Assembly: GCA_963776275.1 (NCBI GenBank)
Contig: CAVZMI010000032.1
Location: 56,359 to 120,358, forward strand
Direction of reading: 5' to 3'
DNA: 64,000 nt
From: Ignavibacteriota bacterium
GTDB lineage: Bacteria; Bacteroidota; Ignavibacteria; UBA10030; CAVZMI01
The position numbers and the translations under genes were made by a program. This document shows, one piece after another, positions 63,706 through 64,000 of this stretch. Below the pieces are notes generated by a model that had not been told where the DNA came from, made no database searches, and was given only the letters and a program-made list of their open reading frames with translations. The stretch's first letter is position 1, and each line of letters starts with the position of its first letter.

Positions 63706-64000
63706 ATGAGATATAAATATTATGTTCTAATACTTCTTGTTGCCGTGATGTCACCATTACGGGGACAGGACAACCCTCCAGAGACTCAAACAAAAACTGG
63801 TTCACCATTCAATCAATCGAAGTTTGTGCCGGACATTTCGATGATCGTTGACTTCTCGTATGTCTCCAGAGACCTCGACAATGATCGATTTTCAGTTTTG
63901 AGCTTACCTGGATTGAGTGCCCCGCTTGAAATGAGTTATGGGAATAATGGATCAAATGCCCATCGTGGATTCAACTTGAACTACGGGGAAATGTCGTTGT
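63706..64000 (+). CDS. Metal (zinc)-regulated outer-membrane receptor/porin, 3'-partial
   Basis: AGGAG RBS, signal peptide, FVPDISMIVDF...GFNLNYGEMSL. Confidence 0.6.
   Translation, partial: MRYKYYVLILLVAVMSPLRGQDNPPETQTKTGSPFNQSKFVPDISMIVDFSYVSRDLDNDRFSVLSLPGLSAPLEMSYGNNGSNAHRGFNLNYGEMSL

Overview
Bacterial chromosomal DNA, probably from the FCB superphylum (Ignavibacteria-like). This is inferred from a T9SS-type C-terminal domain, TTGACA/TATAAT promoters and Shine-Dalgarno sites. Layout: (1) 1-15 kb, glycan catabolism: propeller sensor, GH13, internally deleted GH31, cellobiose 2-epimerase, GH130, sialate O-acetylesterase, GH9 and a GPH transporter. (2) 15-22 kb, housekeeping and envelope genes. 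(3) 22-36 kb, a co-oriented accessory region that starts with an unusual degenerate integron. Three tandem ~50-bp attI-like sites each open a gene cassette, one complete attC is present, and a 'micro-intI' (integrase N-terminus fused in frame to its C-terminus) sits directly upstream of the third attI in the cassette orientation. (4) 36-55 kb, core genes: greA, ribBA, yajC, tgt, nnr, nuoJKLM-antiporter-nuoN, an ABC-2 pair and asnS. (5) 55-64 kb, redox and metal homeostasis: OsmC, peroxiredoxin, feoAB, fur with a perfect operator, and a CxxC/HAPP leader ORF before an outer-membrane receptor. Intergenic DNA carries a family of tiny 'tetranucleotide tag + hairpin' elements that nest inside each other, with empty, singly filled and multiply filled alleles all visible in the window. 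Many genes have frameshifts or substitutions. A notable share fall on GGWCC sites, suggesting a cytosine-methylation signature (long-read miscalls or deamination). No rRNA, tRNA or CRISPR array was recognised.
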